The position numbers and the translations under genes are program-made. The notes under the pieces are model-generated. The model did no database searches and had not been told where the DNA came from. It saw only the letters and a list, made by a program, of their open reading frames with translations. Below are positions 62,525 through 64,000 of a stretch of DNA of 64,000 nucleotides, in pieces. Origin of the DNA: Pavona decussata. Taxonomy: Eukaryota. How positions within the stretch are numbered: the stretch's first letter is position 1; each line of letters begins with the position of its first letter. The stretch covers positions 3,286,001 to 3,350,000 of the forward strand of contig CDRNST010000010.1 of NCBI GenBank assembly GCA_977016875.1. Direction: 5' to 3'.

Positions 62525-64000
62525 TTTTATTTGATAAAAATCGCGATGGTTTGTAGGAAAGCTAGTCACGCATTGCTCTGATTGTCACGCATGTCGTCGG
62601 AGAGAGTCGGAAATATCGGTTCCTTTTTGGCATCGACCTTTACGATGGCATCGACCGTTTCAAATGGCAACGACCGTTGTGAGAAATGACATCGACCATT
62701 CCAAATGGCAACGACCGTTTACGAAAGGGAAATTTGCATTGCCGACGCTCCCTTGGGTTCGGGACTTCCTTCTCGAGAAGGGACGGACAAAAAGGAGGGC
62801 GGGCTCGTACCCCGAACAGCGGTTGGTAATCGAGCAAGTTTGGCCTTGCTTCTCATATTTTGGGGACGACGTGAAACCTGCTGACAAAATAAGCCAACCA
62901 CAGGTACAAGTGCTGTCAATGGATATTTCTTGTACGTCATTTTTAAAGTTAAGGACACACGAAGTCGAGGAGGCCTTGAACATTGCCACGTTGGTATTCC
63001 GCCTGTTGGTTCCTGTTACAAAGTAACACCCGTTACATAAATGTGGACCCAATCTGTAATGACCACAACGGCAAAAGAAACTCCAGCATTCCGTATTAAT
63101 AACACGCTTTATTGAAAGAACGACAAACGAAAACTGCCTCCAAATGAAGCGGCGAAGAAACTGCTAAGCAGCGTAGCGATGAAGTGAGGCGGTGAAGTGA
63201 AGCGAAGCGGTTAAAACTAGAACAAACAAGCAAACAAAACGTCACAAAATGAACTAGCGCAAATAGATGGCGCGAAGGAAAAACCGACACTTACATTTGT
63301 TGCGGAGCTGGGCAAACCAAAGTAACTGGAAAAAACCGACTGTCCTAAATCGTATAGCCGACGAACAAACTTTGTAGGTTGACTAACTGCTCTCGCGGTG
63401 AAGAGATATACTAACACTAAAACGTCCAAAAATTCTATATAAACTGCCAAAACTTGTGAACAAAAATGTGAATAAATAACACTAAATCACACAACTACAA
63501 ATACCGCACGCACGAGATATAGACAAGAACATTCCTACAAAAAATAACACAATAACCTAAATGACTACGCGTTTAGTTCTTACACCGGCCCCTAAGTGTT
63601 GAAACACGGGCGAAAACACTTACAAATATTATTATAAACTAAACGACCCTAAAAAAAAAAGACTTGTACATTGTAAGATAGCGATAGCTAAATAAAGCTA
63701 GCGACGCGAGACTAACTTGGGTAATAACGCAAAAGAAACACGCGGCGGGACTACACGCGTGTGAATAAATCGCAAACTACCCGAAAACCAGTACAAGAAA
63801 ATGTTTATTTCTATTTCAATTACGTGTCCGGTTGTAATCTGTAGTAAGCTCTCGCTGAAATCCTTAAAGTTCATATCACACAGGGTCTTCTCTTTCAACA
63901 ATGAGACAAAGCTTGTCAACTGGTCTTTCAAGAATGCCAGATTTAATCTTTACTTTCGTCGCTCGACGAACCAGGCCTTTGCTGTCCGGAAACACTTCGA

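Larger units (their letters stand above)
57809..62737. mobile_element. Mutator-like (MULE) DNA transposon, 4,929 bp
   Basis: TIRs GCAAATTTCCCTTTCGTAAACGGTCGTTGCCATTTG... built from ~20-bp subrepeats; 9-bp TSD ATTGCCGAC (57800-57808, 62738-62746); empty paralogous site at ~39165. Confidence 0.92.

Overview
AT-rich animal genomic DNA; the repeat landscape suggests a cnidarian, probably a stony coral (inference). 861-3419 is one large coding exon for a disordered Ser/Arg-rich protein. About 10-63 kb is a tandem array of four 3-exon CTHRC1-like genes on the minus strand (signal peptide, ~25 Gly-X-Y triplets, Cys-rich C-terminal domain). Copies B, C and D are intact; copy A is frameshifted. A complete 14,487-bp Polinton/Maverick (adintovirus-like) element at 21203-35689 has 607-bp TIRs and a 6-bp TSD. 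It inserted exactly at the exon-1 splice donor of copy B, and its AGT terminus rebuilds a consensus GTAAGT donor. The element encodes integrase-chromodomain, minor and major capsid proteins, protease, packaging ATPase, a 5-exon protein-primed PolB, a Bcl-2-like BH1 protein and small accessory ORFs. It carries point lesions in the protease (catalytic His to Tyr) and PolB (in-frame TGA). A 4.9-kb Mutator-like element at 57809-62737 (9-bp TSD) carries a decayed transposase plus a convergent spliced HMG-box/zinc-finger gene. Several MITEs, a minimal hammerhead ribozyme motif and microsatellites are also present. All coordinates were read by eye and may be off by a few bases.
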